Assembly (NCBI GenBank): GCA_964515045.1
Contig: CAZERX010000001.1
Span: 1 to 37,141 of the forward strand
Length of the DNA: 37,141 nt
Direction of reading: 5' to 3'
Source: an uncultured Eubacterium sp.
Lineage (GTDB): Bacteria > Bacillota > Clostridia > Lachnospirales > Lachnospiraceae
Shown here: piece after piece, positions 9,501 through 18,654 of the stretch
How the letters are laid out: each line of letters begins with the position of its first letter
Position numbering within the stretch: position 1 is the stretch's first letter
Program-made: the position numbers and the translations under genes
Notes under the pieces: model-generated
The model's database searches: none
What the model saw: the letters and a program-made list of their open reading frames with translations, nothing else
What the model was told of the DNA's origin: nothing

Positions 9501-9640
9501 TATCGGCTCAATTCCTCCTTCTCCTGTGTCCGGCAGAAGCTGTGCATGAGTCTCGAAAAACACCAGTCATTCCTTATTCCCACAGTCATCCTGCCCTTGT
9601 TGTAATGTTGATAAATAAAAGCAAGATGTCCTCGATCGTT

Positions 9641-9838
9641 CTAGGAATATAGAATCGCTAAATGATATACATGATCTGTTGCCTGCTTTGCGTCAAGTAT
9701 AACACCATGCAAACAGATGCGCAAGCGAAAAAACAGCTCCGCCATGGCGCAGTGGTGGAGCTGAGGTAAGATACGTTGCCTGTCATCTTTATTCAATTCG
9801 TAGGGTGCATAGTTAAGAAAATCCTCAAAGTGCATCAT
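9641..9838 (-). pseudogene. 5' remnant of a third luxE copy
   Basis: MHFEDFLNYAPYELNK matches MDFEDFLNYAPYELNK of the LuxE-LuxC fusion, and the nucleotides are near-identical over ~50 bp; it diverges after ~25-30 codons. Confidence 0.8.
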
Positions 9839-9880
9839 ATCCCCCTTAACAATGGCAGCATTTTTTATTTTTCAAAAACG

Positions 9881-10937
9881 CTATTTTACCCTCTCTCTCG
9901 GCACTGCATACAACACGATATCCACCGCCAAAACCTTATGTATTCTCAAATAGTAAACATAATCTGTTACCATGTCGTCTATAATTTCAAAGCTCCGATA
10001 TAAGTCATCCTTTTTATGATAGATGCTAACCATCAAGATCGGTCGGTCATTTTGTATAATCTCTTTTGCTCCGAGCAATGTATCCGTTTCTGCTCCCTCT
10101 ATATCCATTTTTATAATAGATACTTTGCGATCCTTAGAAACAATATCATCCAAACGGTCAACCTCTATCGTAATCTCACCGTCTGCATCTATTTTTCCAC
10201 CCATTCCGTTTGCGGTAAAATGTTGCACACTCGCTTCCTTACCAGATGCCTTTTGTACGATCTCAACATCTTTCAGGTCATGCTTCTGCAAGGTACGTTC
10301 TATCGCTTTACAATTATCCTCGTCCGGCTCCAACGCATATATATAAGCATATTGCGAATCAGTTGCGTGCGCAAAATCCATAATACTGTCACCGTCATAT
10401 GCACCACAATCGACTAAGCACTCATTTTTTTCCAACTGCCACGGCGAATCCTCAAAAAAATACTGTGGAGTCACAACATATGGTATCAAATACATATTGT
10501 TATTCTCCGTTTTACTTGAAAGAAATGCCTGAAACGATGCACGCGACAACTCATCCTCTAAATGATCGTACACATTATCAAATGATTTTTTGTGTGACAG
10601 GTAAAATTCTTCTGAAATTTCCTCAATGGTGTCTCCTTCATAAATATCCGCGCACTGATAAACGCCCTGACACCCCCCCCCACTCAGACAATATGTCTGC
10701 ATCCGATTTGAAATAACTATCCCATAACGCCCGAATCAGGACATATGGCTCACTTTTAGCGATCAAATCTGTTTTTTTCCATACATCATCTGTCGCATAT
10801 AGATCATCTACCACAAATCCGGCTACTGAAATATGATTTTCTTTCAGCTTCCGATCAGTCAACTGTGCGATCTCTCCGGCACCGTAAATATAAATTGGCT
10901 CTTTCCGTTGTTTTAGTTCTTCATAGATTTTTTTCAT
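9881..10937 (-). pseudogene. FkbM-family methyltransferase split by a frameshift in a G9 tract (possibly phase-variable)
   Basis: N part (10638-10937) has a YIYGAG Rossmann-like domain; C part (9881-10702) has VDCGAYDGDS and IKMDIEGAE; removing one G gives a continuous 351-aa ORF. Confidence 0.85.
10673..10681 (-). repeat. G9 homopolymer tract (C9 on + strand)
   Basis: Sits exactly at the frame switch of the FkbM gene. Confidence 0.9.
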
Positions 10938-10972
10938 TTCGCATTCTCCCCGCCTTCAATTACTGAAAATTT

Positions 10973-11215
10973 TCACTCAAATATGATTGCATAATTTGCA
11001 GTCAGTATTTCTTTTCCCTTTTCATATGAACTGAGATCAATGATATCGTCCGTGTCCATCATGATGTCAAAGGCATCCTCAATGGCTGCGATCAGTCCCA
11101 TGTGTCCGACAGAATCCCACTCAGCGATACCCTGATACTCCAGTCCTGCCAACTGCTCCTCGGAAATCTCCAGTGCTTCCATAAATGCGTTGTTGTACTT
11201 TTCTAAGTTTGTCAT
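10973..11215 (-). CDS. Acyl carrier protein
   Basis: 80 aa, acidic, WDSVGHM phosphopantetheine Ser motif; start moved to ATG 11215 after an AAGGAG RBS. Confidence 0.9.
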   Translation of the reverse strand: MTNLEKYNNAFMEALEISEEQLAGLEYQGIAEWDSVGHMGLIAAIEDAFDIMMDTDDIIDLSSYEKGKEILTANYAIIFE

Positions 11216-11285
11216 TATTGTATTCTCCTTTTCTTTACTTACTTTTTTATTCCCTGTCATTCCAGTTTAGTGGGGTCTCAGTAAC

Positions 11286-12044
11286 TCACTTACCCCCCCC
11301 ATCAACACGTAAAACTTGTGATGTAATAAAACTAGACAAATCAGATGCAAAAAACAATACCGCGTTTGCCAGTTCCTCCGGTTTTCCCTCACGCTTCATA
11401 ATGGCACCTTGTACAGCCAGCTCTAAATCTTCGCCGGTCACCGTGTCATGGAACAATTCTGTTCCAATAATCCCCGGTTCTATTGCATTGACGCGAATAT
11501 TGAACGGACCTAATTCTACTGCCAACCGATGTGTTGCACCTTCAAGTGCAGCTTTACTTGAACAGTAATCCAAATTAGAAAAACCATCCGCCGCTGCTAT
11601 GGACGAAATAAAAACTATACTGCCTCCTCGATCCTTATAACGCATCATGTTTTTTACGATCTTTTGCGTAAAAGAAATAGTAGCAAAATAATTGACCTCC
11701 ATAATGTCACGTATGCTTTGCATCGGTGTCATCGTAAGAATCCGATTGGCTGTTGCTGTACCAATATTATTGATCAAAATATCAATTGGCGTTTTATCTG
11801 CCAAAATAGCATTTGCAGCCTGTTTTACCTCATTTTCATTTGAAAAATCCGCATACACCTGTTTAATGGACACATTATTGTCCCGCTCCAGAAACCTACA
11901 CTTTTGCACAAACTCCGGATTTTCCTTTCTAGTCACAGCATATATATTCGCTCCATTCTGAGCAAACACTCTCAGAATCGCTTCTCCAATTCCACGATTG
12001 CAGCCTGTAATAACTGCTGTTTTGTTTTTTAACAATGTGCTCAT
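11286..12044 (-). CDS. SDR oxidoreductase, FabG-like (copy 2)
   Basis: TGCNRGIG, LINN, YCSSK, IRVNAIEPG, VDGG. Confidence 0.9.
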   Translation of the reverse strand: MSTLLKNKTAVITGCNRGIGEAILRVFAQNGANIYAVTRKENPEFVQKCRFLERDNNVSIKQVYADFSNENEVKQAANAILADKTPIDILINNIGTATANRILTMTPMQSIRDIMEVNYFATISFTQKIVKNMMRYKDRGGSIVFISSIAAADGFSNLDYCSSKAALEGATHRLAVELGPFNIRVNAIEPGIIGTELFHDTVTGEDLELAVQGAIMKREGKPEELANAVLFFASDLSSFITSQVLRVDGGGK

Positions 12045-12055
12045 ATCTTATCCCT

Positions 12056-13018
12056 TTATAAATTGTTTCTAACAGCATCTGCTATCTGCTGTGATGTAAT
12101 TCCACTACACCGTGCTACATACTCCTGCCTACCTGCTGCCGGATAAAAATCGTCTACTCCCAAGATAACATGTTTTGGATGTTCACAACTTCTAGCATAA
12201 TACTCCGCAACAGCACTACCTAAACCTCCATGTTTCAAATGTTCCTCCACTGTAATTATCAGGCGATATTTCCGCAAACTCTCCAGCATTTTACCGTCAA
12301 GCGGTGCTATCGTATGCATATCAATCACTCTTACCGAGATTCCCTCTGTCGCAAGCAGATCGGCTGCAGCTATTGCTTGGCTGACAACTGTTCCTGTAGC
12401 AATAATTGCCGCGTCTTCGCCCTCTCTCACGTTAATCGCTTTTCCAATTTTATAATCAAATGCAGGATCTTTATAAACAATCGGCAGAAACCCTGTTCCT
12501 GTTAATCGAATGTACACCGGTCCATCCGTCTGTATGGCTGCACAGATCGCTTTATACGTTTCTAAGCCATCACATGGAGATAGAATCGTAATTTGGGGTA
12601 TTGCCCTCATAATCGCAAGATCCGGCGGGTTCGTGTGTGAATAACCAAATCTTGACAGCGCCAGTCCACTATCCATTCCAACCAACTTGACATTCTTTTG
12701 CATATAACCCATAAAATTTCTGACCTGATCTGCAACTCGTGCCGATGCAAACATCGCCCATGTTGTTGCCACCACAGGTATACCAGTATACGCCAAGCCT
12801 GCAGAGACACCTATTAAATTCTGTTCTGCGATCCCCACATTTACTGCTTTGTCTGGATATTCTTTCATCAGTCGGTCGAAACCAGATGCTCGCATCAGAT
12901 CCGCAGAAACAACATAAAAATCATTTCCCTCACGTGCATAATCATACAACACTTGTCCTAATGTTCCCCGTGCTCCCATTCTTGCAAGGAAACGAACTGC
13001 TCTAGTATCTAAATTCAT
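12056..13018 (-). CDS. Transketolase-like C-terminal subunit (copy 2)
   Basis: SADL, NVGIAEQN, GPVYIRL, DMHTIAPLD, TVEEH..GGLGSAVAE; likely ATG start at 13018. Confidence 0.9.
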   Translation of the reverse strand: MNLDTRAVRFLARMGARGTLGQVLYDYAREGNDFYVVSADLMRASGFDRLMKEYPDKAVNVGIAEQNLIGVSAGLAYTGIPVVATTWAMFASARVADQVRNFMGYMQKNVKLVGMDSGLALSRFGYSHTNPPDLAIMRAIPQITILSPCDGLETYKAICAAIQTDGPVYIRLTGTGFLPIVYKDPAFDYKIGKAINVREGEDAAIIATGTVVSQAIAAADLLATEGISVRVIDMHTIAPLDGKMLESLRKYRLIITVEEHLKHGGLGSAVAEYYARSCEHPKHVILGVDDFYPAAGRQEYVARCSGITSQQIADAVRNNL

Positions 13019-13853
13019 AACCACCACCTATCTCTTTTCGTACCTGTTCCAACTGCTCAACCGTTAGAATATTATCATGCCAGCACTGATTATGTTCCAT
13101 GAAAGACACACCCTTCCCTTTGACCGTATTTGCAATAACTGCCAACGGCTGATTCGGCGAAAAATGATCAACGAACGCATCCAACAATTCTCCACAATCA
13201 TGTCCATTACATGACACCACCTGCCATCCAAATGCCGTCAACCGTTTACTTATGTCTCTCCACGACATGATATCTCGCGTAAATCCATCAGACTGTAATT
13301 CATTTTTATCAATAATCATGATCAAATTGTCTAACTTGAACTGAGATGCCGCCATTACTGCTTCCCACACAGCACCTTCGTCAAGCTCGCCATCTCCAAC
13401 CTCTACATAGACTTTATATTTATAATCTCTATTCTTCGCCAACAATGCTAAACCTACCGCATACGACAAACCCATTCCAAGACTTCCGCCTGAAACTTCA
13501 AATCCACACTCTGGGTTATATTCTACGATTTCAGACAATGCACAACCATCTTGTTGGAAAGTAGCCATCTGCGTATCAGATAATAAGCCGACTTGATGCA
13601 TCGCCACATACATACCAGCCGCAGCATGTCCCTTTGACAACAAAAATTTGTCCTTTTGAGTCACATCAAGTCCATCCGATTTACAATTTAGTATCGCACC
13701 ATATAAGACCGCAAGAATCTCTATACTTGACAGCGATCCTCCCCAGTGCATCATTGTAACATCTACATGACTCGATAAGTACAGCAATTCTGCCCGCATT
13801 CTTTTTGCTAGTTCATCACATCGCGTCATTATTTCATTTATATTCCCCAACAT
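13002..13853 (-). CDS. Transketolase-like N-terminal ThDP-binding subunit (copy 2)
   Basis: HWGGSLS, LSKGH, GSLGMG, GDGELDEG...DKN, NGHD, TVKGKG..WH. Confidence 0.9.
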   Translation of the reverse strand: MLGNINEIMTRCDELAKRMRAELLYLSSHVDVTMMHWGGSLSSIEILAVLYGAILNCKSDGLDVTQKDKFLLSKGHAAAGMYVAMHQVGLLSDTQMATFQQDGCALSEIVEYNPECGFEVSGGSLGMGLSYAVGLALLAKNRDYKYKVYVEVGDGELDEGAVWEAVMAASQFKLDNLIMIIDKNELQSDGFTRDIMSWRDISKRLTAFGWQVVSCNGHDCGELLDAFVDHFSPNQPLAVIANTVKGKGVSFMEHNQCWHDNILTVEQLEQVRKEIGGGYEFRY

Positions 13854-15045
13854 ACACGATCCTCGTCATACTTTCTATCATCTTATAACCGTCCCAGACA
13901 AATTCCAGTCCCATTGTCTGTCCGAGCGAAACGATCCGGTCTACACCGCGCACACCGTTTTTGAATACAAGCTCCTTTACCGCCTGCTTTTCCACGCCCA
14001 ATACAGAAACGGTCTGGCACTGCTTCGTCAGCACTGGAACGATCTCTGCCAGCTCAGTCGCCCTGTATTCAAAGAAATACCCGCCGGCATTTCGGTAGTT
14101 CATCAGCTCCGCCGAAAGTGCATCTGTTTCAATGCGCATGATATAATTGTCATCAGACACCAGCCGATTTCCCTGCTGCAGCATTGCCAGCGCACACATT
14201 GACGTATACTTATCCACCGCCTGTATCGGCTTCATGTCATAGTCACGCCGAACAAGTGTGCCGAGCACATCCCAGAATCTCCTTCGCGCCTCGTCCACCT
14301 GCTCACCCAGCCATACGACCAGACGCGGCGAGCTGCATGCATTCTGATCCGTATAATAGGTATCCGTATAAAAGCCCTTCGCCACGCTCTCTGCATCCTC
14401 TTTCAGATATGCATCTGCATCTATGACTGCCAAAGAATAGCGATCAGCGAACGACATCTCGATCGCCCGCGGCGGCAGCGGCGCACGACGGATCGTGTCG
14501 ATCGTATGATCGCCGCCCCAGATCACACGCAGATCACTGACAGCCGACAATTCCCGCGTGATCTCGTCGCTGTGTTCATAGCGGATCACACAAAGATAGG
14601 GCTGAAAGTCCGTACATTCCTGCTCCAGCAGGGCATTGATCGCATCCGTGATGATCTCAACCTGCGGAAACTGCTTATTTGAAACTCTGATCACCGTCAG
14701 ATTGCCTGCAAGCAGAGAAGAAGTCATGGACACGGCGAAATTTACCGGCACATTAGACGGCGCAATGTGAAATGCGATACCCCGTCCCAGTCGTTTTTCA
14801 TAATCCGAATGCTTCGCGCGTGCCTGCTCCAAGGATGCCCGACGGATCCAATACGCATAAGATGTCACATCCGCATAACTTCGAGTCCGCTTATCCTGCA
14901 AAATACGTTTTGACAGCTCCGACAAAAATCTGACTGCCTGTTCGGAAAACATCGGCAGCACCGGTGCTGTGCTCATCTGATTCAAAATATCTGCATTTCC
15001 GACTAAAAACTGTATCTCATCTGAATTTATCTGCATAGGTATCAC
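13834..15045 (-). CDS. LuxC-like acyl-CoA/acyl-protein reductase
   Basis: GRGIAFHIAPSNVPVNF, WGGD, DQNACSSP; start either GTG 15045 or ATG 15036. Confidence 0.9.
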   Translation of the reverse strand: MIPMQINSDEIQFLVGNADILNQMSTAPVLPMFSEQAVRFLSELSKRILQDKRTRSYADVTSYAYWIRRASLEQARAKHSDYEKRLGRGIAFHIAPSNVPVNFAVSMTSSLLAGNLTVIRVSNKQFPQVEIITDAINALLEQECTDFQPYLCVIRYEHSDEITRELSAVSDLRVIWGGDHTIDTIRRAPLPPRAIEMSFADRYSLAVIDADAYLKEDAESVAKGFYTDTYYTDQNACSSPRLVVWLGEQVDEARRRFWDVLGTLVRRDYDMKPIQAVDKYTSMCALAMLQQGNRLVSDDNYIMRIETDALSAELMNYRNAGGYFFEYRATELAEIVPVLTKQCQTVSVLGVEKQAVKELVFKNGVRGVDRIVSLGQTMGLEFVWDGYKMIESMTRIVYVGEYK

Positions 15046-16096
15046 TGCACCCCCTCAGCTCCGCATGTTTGATCCTGCCAAGGATCTGTATATATTTCCC
15101 TTTTCTGCCGCACGGACAATCGTCCTCCCCTAAGATCACGCCCTCATCCTCCGTGAGGATGGAGTGTCCCGCATAGGATCGCGGCAGTACGGATACGACC
15201 TGAAGGATTCCCTTTTTTCCATTTTCACAGACGGAAAAATCGCGAAAATCACGCACCAGCACATCGGAATAAATGCTGGCATGCAGATGTCCGCACTCAC
15301 ATTCTGCGTAGATACAGCCCGTCTGCTCCACCATTCCGTAGTGATCCAAGAAATGCTCGATCCCGCAGACCTCCTGCATGCATTGCTTGAACCGCTCACG
15401 CGATACAGCTTCGGATTCGAGCTTTTTCCAGCCACCGCCGGTCATCAAAAATGCTTCTGATAGGTCATACTGCGCACCTGCTGCCAAAAGCTCTTTATAA
15501 AAATGCTGCCATACCATGAATGTAAAGCCAAATATGATAAAACGCTGTCCCTTGTATTTTTCCAGAAATTCCTTTAACACGGTATGATTCAGCGTCATAT
15601 CATCATTCAGAACATAAACGGTCTCCCGCGCCACCACGCTAAGCCCGATGACCGCCGCTCCTCTGGCAGAAAACATTTTCCGGTCTTTCATGACCGCAGG
15701 CGTATCGATCACCAGAAGCGGCAGCCGCTTTTTTCCCCAATAATCTGCCAGTATCCGCGTCATCACCTTCTGCTGGGACATAGCAGTTTCCTTGTCGAGA
15801 AAAATCTTGGACACCTGTTGTCCGGTCGTTCCGGATGATGTCATTGTCTTGAATACCTGATCACGCGGAATACTGAGCAATTCATATTCCTTAAACATCC
15901 GAACCGGAAAAAATGGAATATCTGCCACAGAATGCACGTTTGACGCATCATAACCGATGGTTGTCAGAAAATTCCGGTACTCCTCACAATGCGCACTGTG
16001 CCAGTCCGTCAGCTCTCGCAGCTCGTCCAGCAGCAGGGCTTCTTTCTCGTCTTTTTTCAATTCGTAAGGCTCATGTGCATAAAAGCTATCTATCAT
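15017..16096 (-). CDS. LuxE-like acyl-protein synthetase
   Basis: TSSGTTG, GGGWK, DHYGMVEQ, ILTEDEG, ELRGCS. Confidence 0.9.
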   Translation of the reverse strand: MIDSFYAHEPYELKKDEKEALLLDELRELTDWHSAHCEEYRNFLTTIGYDASNVHSVADIPFFPVRMFKEYELLSIPRDQVFKTMTSSGTTGQQVSKIFLDKETAMSQQKVMTRILADYWGKKRLPLLVIDTPAVMKDRKMFSARGAAVIGLSVVARETVYVLNDDMTLNHTVLKEFLEKYKGQRFIIFGFTFMVWQHFYKELLAAGAQYDLSEAFLMTGGGWKKLESEAVSRERFKQCMQEVCGIEHFLDHYGMVEQTGCIYAECECGHLHASIYSDVLVRDFRDFSVCENGKKGILQVVSVLPRSYAGHSILTEDEGVILGEDDCPCGRKGKYIQILGRIKHAELRGCSDTYADKFR

Positions 16097-17069
16097 TTCT
16101 GTGCTCCCACTCGTTTTCGATCCGCTGTGCGATCTGCTCCGCTGTCAGCCCCGCCTGTTCCCAGACATAGCGCTGTGAACCGGCTTCGGTGAACGTATCA
16201 TGAAATCCGATCATCACCTGACGCGGCGCGCGCGCAAAGGTCGCCTTGTATTCCGCCACTGCACTTCCCATGCCACCGGTCACCTGATGCTCCTCTACGG
16301 TCACGACCATATCATACTGATCAAAGATCCATGCCAGACTATCCTCATCGATCGGCTTTATCGTATGCATATTGTAGACAGCGCAGTTGATATCCTTTTC
16401 CCGCAGCAGCTCTGCCGCTTTTTTTGCCTCATTTACCATCAATCCGGTTGCGATCACGGCAATACTTTCACCCTCCGTGATGCAGGTCAGCTTTCCTGCC
16501 GTAAATGGATAGTCCTGCTCATACACGATCGGACAATTCAGCCCACCGCTCAGTCTGATATAGACCGGATTATCCACAGAAGCTGCATATTCTGCCATCT
16601 TGACTGCTTCTAAGCTGTCTGCTGCCGACAGCACAGTCATATTCGGAAGTGCCCGCATAAAAGCAAGATCCTCCGTTGCCCAGTGTGAGATACCGGATTT
16701 TGCTGCCGTCACACCTGCCGCACTGCCTACCAGCTTGACATTACAGCCCATATGGGATAAATGTTGTCTGACCTGCTCCAGACTGCGCACAGCAATAAAC
16801 GATGCGTAAGTCGTCGCGAATACACAATCACCGCCCATCGCCAATCCTGCCGCGATACCGATCATATTCTGTTCGGCAATCCCTACATTCAAGAATTTAT
16901 CTGCATGTCTGTTTATAAACCGATCCATACCGGAAAGCAGCGCCAGATCTGCCGTCAACAGCTTGAGATTTTCCGTATGATCTGCAAGCTCCGGCATCGC
17001 AATCCCGAAAAACGCTCCGCGCTGACCGAGCCTTGACCATGTTTTGATATTGATGGGTGTGACCTTCAT
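16086..17069 (-). CDS. Transketolase-like C-terminal subunit (copy 1)
   Basis: TADL, NVGIAEQN, PVYIRL, NMHTIKPID, TVEEH..GGMGSAVAE. Confidence 0.9.
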   Translation of the reverse strand: MKVTPINIKTWSRLGQRGAFFGIAMPELADHTENLKLLTADLALLSGMDRFINRHADKFLNVGIAEQNMIGIAAGLAMGGDCVFATTYASFIAVRSLEQVRQHLSHMGCNVKLVGSAAGVTAAKSGISHWATEDLAFMRALPNMTVLSAADSLEAVKMAEYAASVDNPVYIRLSGGLNCPIVYEQDYPFTAGKLTCITEGESIAVIATGLMVNEAKKAAELLREKDINCAVYNMHTIKPIDEDSLAWIFDQYDMVVTVEEHQVTGGMGSAVAEYKATFARAPRQVMIGFHDTFTEAGSQRYVWEQAGLTAEQIAQRIENEWEHRNDR

Positions 17070-17920
17070 TCCTCCGTACCTCCCAGAATCTCTGCTCGCG
17101 CCTGCTCATATTCGGCTTCAGACAGCCTGTGATGATGCCATTCCGGTCTGTTTTCCATGAATGACACACCCTTGCCCTTCACGGTATCTGCAATGATCAC
17201 ACGCGGTTTTCCTGCTGTACGATCCGCAAATGCATAGAGCAGCGCCGCCGTATCATGTCCATCACATGTATGCACCTGCCAGTTGAAGGCGCGCAGCTTA
17301 TCTGCCAGACCTTCTAACGCCATTACCGACTCCGTATCACCGTCATATGACAGATGATTCCGATCAATGATCACCGTCAGATTGTCCAGCCCATAGTGCG
17401 CGGCTGACAAAAAGCCTTCCCAGACCGAGCCTTCATTCAGTTCTCCGTCTCCCATTAGTATGTAGACCTGCGCATCCGTGTGTTTTTCCCGCGCACTGAG
17501 CGCTAACCCGATCCCGACGGATAGTGCCATGCCGAGACTGCCGCCGGAATATTCCAGCCCGATCTCCGGTCGCCTCGGATAACCGGTCAGCCGACCGCCA
17601 TCCTTTTGAAATTCAAGGATCTCCTCCTTAGAAATATAGCCTGCTTCTGCGAGCGCAGGAATGTGTGCCAGCACACAATGATTTTTACTCGGTATAAAAA
17701 TATCCCGCTTTTCATCTAACGGACATTTTACATCATATCGTAAAACTGCGCCATACAGCACTGCCATGGTTTCAACTGCCGACAGACTGCCACCAAGATG
17801 CGAACCGTTGCTTCCCGACGCACGTGCCATATCCAATCCCATCAACCGGATCCTTTTTGACATTTCCTGCAAACGCAGGGCATTTTTTTCTGATGTATCA
17901 ATTGTTATCTCCTGACTCAT
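17066..17920 (-). CDS. Transketolase-like N-terminal ThDP-binding subunit (copy 1)
   Basis: SHLGGSLS, SKNH, GSLGM, GDGELNEG...DRN, DGHD, TVKGKG..WH. Confidence 0.9.
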   Translation of the reverse strand: MSQEITIDTSEKNALRLQEMSKRIRLMGLDMARASGSNGSHLGGSLSAVETMAVLYGAVLRYDVKCPLDEKRDIFIPSKNHCVLAHIPALAEAGYISKEEILEFQKDGGRLTGYPRRPEIGLEYSGGSLGMALSVGIGLALSAREKHTDAQVYILMGDGELNEGSVWEGFLSAAHYGLDNLTVIIDRNHLSYDGDTESVMALEGLADKLRAFNWQVHTCDGHDTAALLYAFADRTAGKPRVIIADTVKGKGVSFMENRPEWHHHRLSEAEYEQARAEILGGTEE

Positions 17921-18654
17921 ACCCTGCCTCCATCCAATACCATGATGTGACCCGTCATATATGCCGCGTCCTCAGATGCCATATATAACGCCGCCTTTGC
18001 GATCTCCTGCGGCTGTCCGATCCGTTTTAGGCTCATCCGGTCGAACACCTTCTGCATTTCATCCTCTGACTTGTAATTTCCCATATCCGTATCTACCAGA
18101 CCGGGGGCAATGCCGTTCACACGGATATTGTAGCGCCCAAGCTCCTTGGATGCCGCCTTCGTGATCCATATGAGTGCTGCCTTGCTGGAGCCGTATGCCA
18201 GATAGCCTTCCTCTGTTTCTATGCCTCCCACGGAACACATATTGATGATACATCCGGATTTCTGCCTCATCATCGCGCGCGCTGCAAGCTGCATCATCTG
18301 CACCTGTGCAAAAACATTGATCTGATAAACCTCCCGCAGCGTATCCATGGATGTCATGGTCAGCAGTCCGCCATGCGGAACTCCTGCATTATTGATCAGC
18401 ACGTCGATCGGCTTTTTTTCTGAAAGGATCTGCTTCATGCCGTCTTTGATCGCAGCTTCATCTGAAAGATCAAAATATACCGGCGTGATCTCAGTCTGAT
18501 ATTGCCGTGCCAACTCCGCCATATCTGCTTCAAACTCCGGTGTTTTTCGTCTGGCACACGCCCAGATACCGTAGCCCTCCTGCGCAAAGACTTCAACCAT
18601 CGCTCTGCCGATCCCGCGATTTGCACCTGTTATCACCACATGCTTCATACTCAA
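17917..18654 (-). CDS. SDR oxidoreductase, FabG-like (copy 1)
   Basis: TGANRGIG, NNAG, YGSSK, IRVNGIAPG, LDGG. Confidence 0.9.
   Translation of the reverse strand: MSMKHVVITGANRGIGRAMVEVFAQEGYGIWACARRKTPEFEADMAELARQYQTEITPVYFDLSDEAAIKDGMKQILSEKKPIDVLINNAGVPHGGLLTMTSMDTLREVYQINVFAQVQMMQLAARAMMRQKSGCIINMCSVGGIETEEGYLAYGSSKAALIWITKAASKELGRYNIRVNGIAPGLVDTDMGNYKSEDEMQKVFDRMSLKRIGQPQEIAKAALYMASEDAAYMTGHIMVLDGGRV

Noticed and set aside
11192-11206. 15-bp exact match (GTTGTACTTTTCTAA) to 31272-31286 in flgM
   Set aside because: Both encode LEKYN in unrelated proteins with no extended similarity; treated as chance
11293-11300. G8 tract at the end of SDR copy 2
   Set aside because: Encodes the conserved DGG terminus; the gene is intact and slippage would alter only the tail
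13834-16096. Bioluminescence (lux) operon
   Set aside because: No luxA/B/D/G in the window; the context is glycan/acyl biosynthesis
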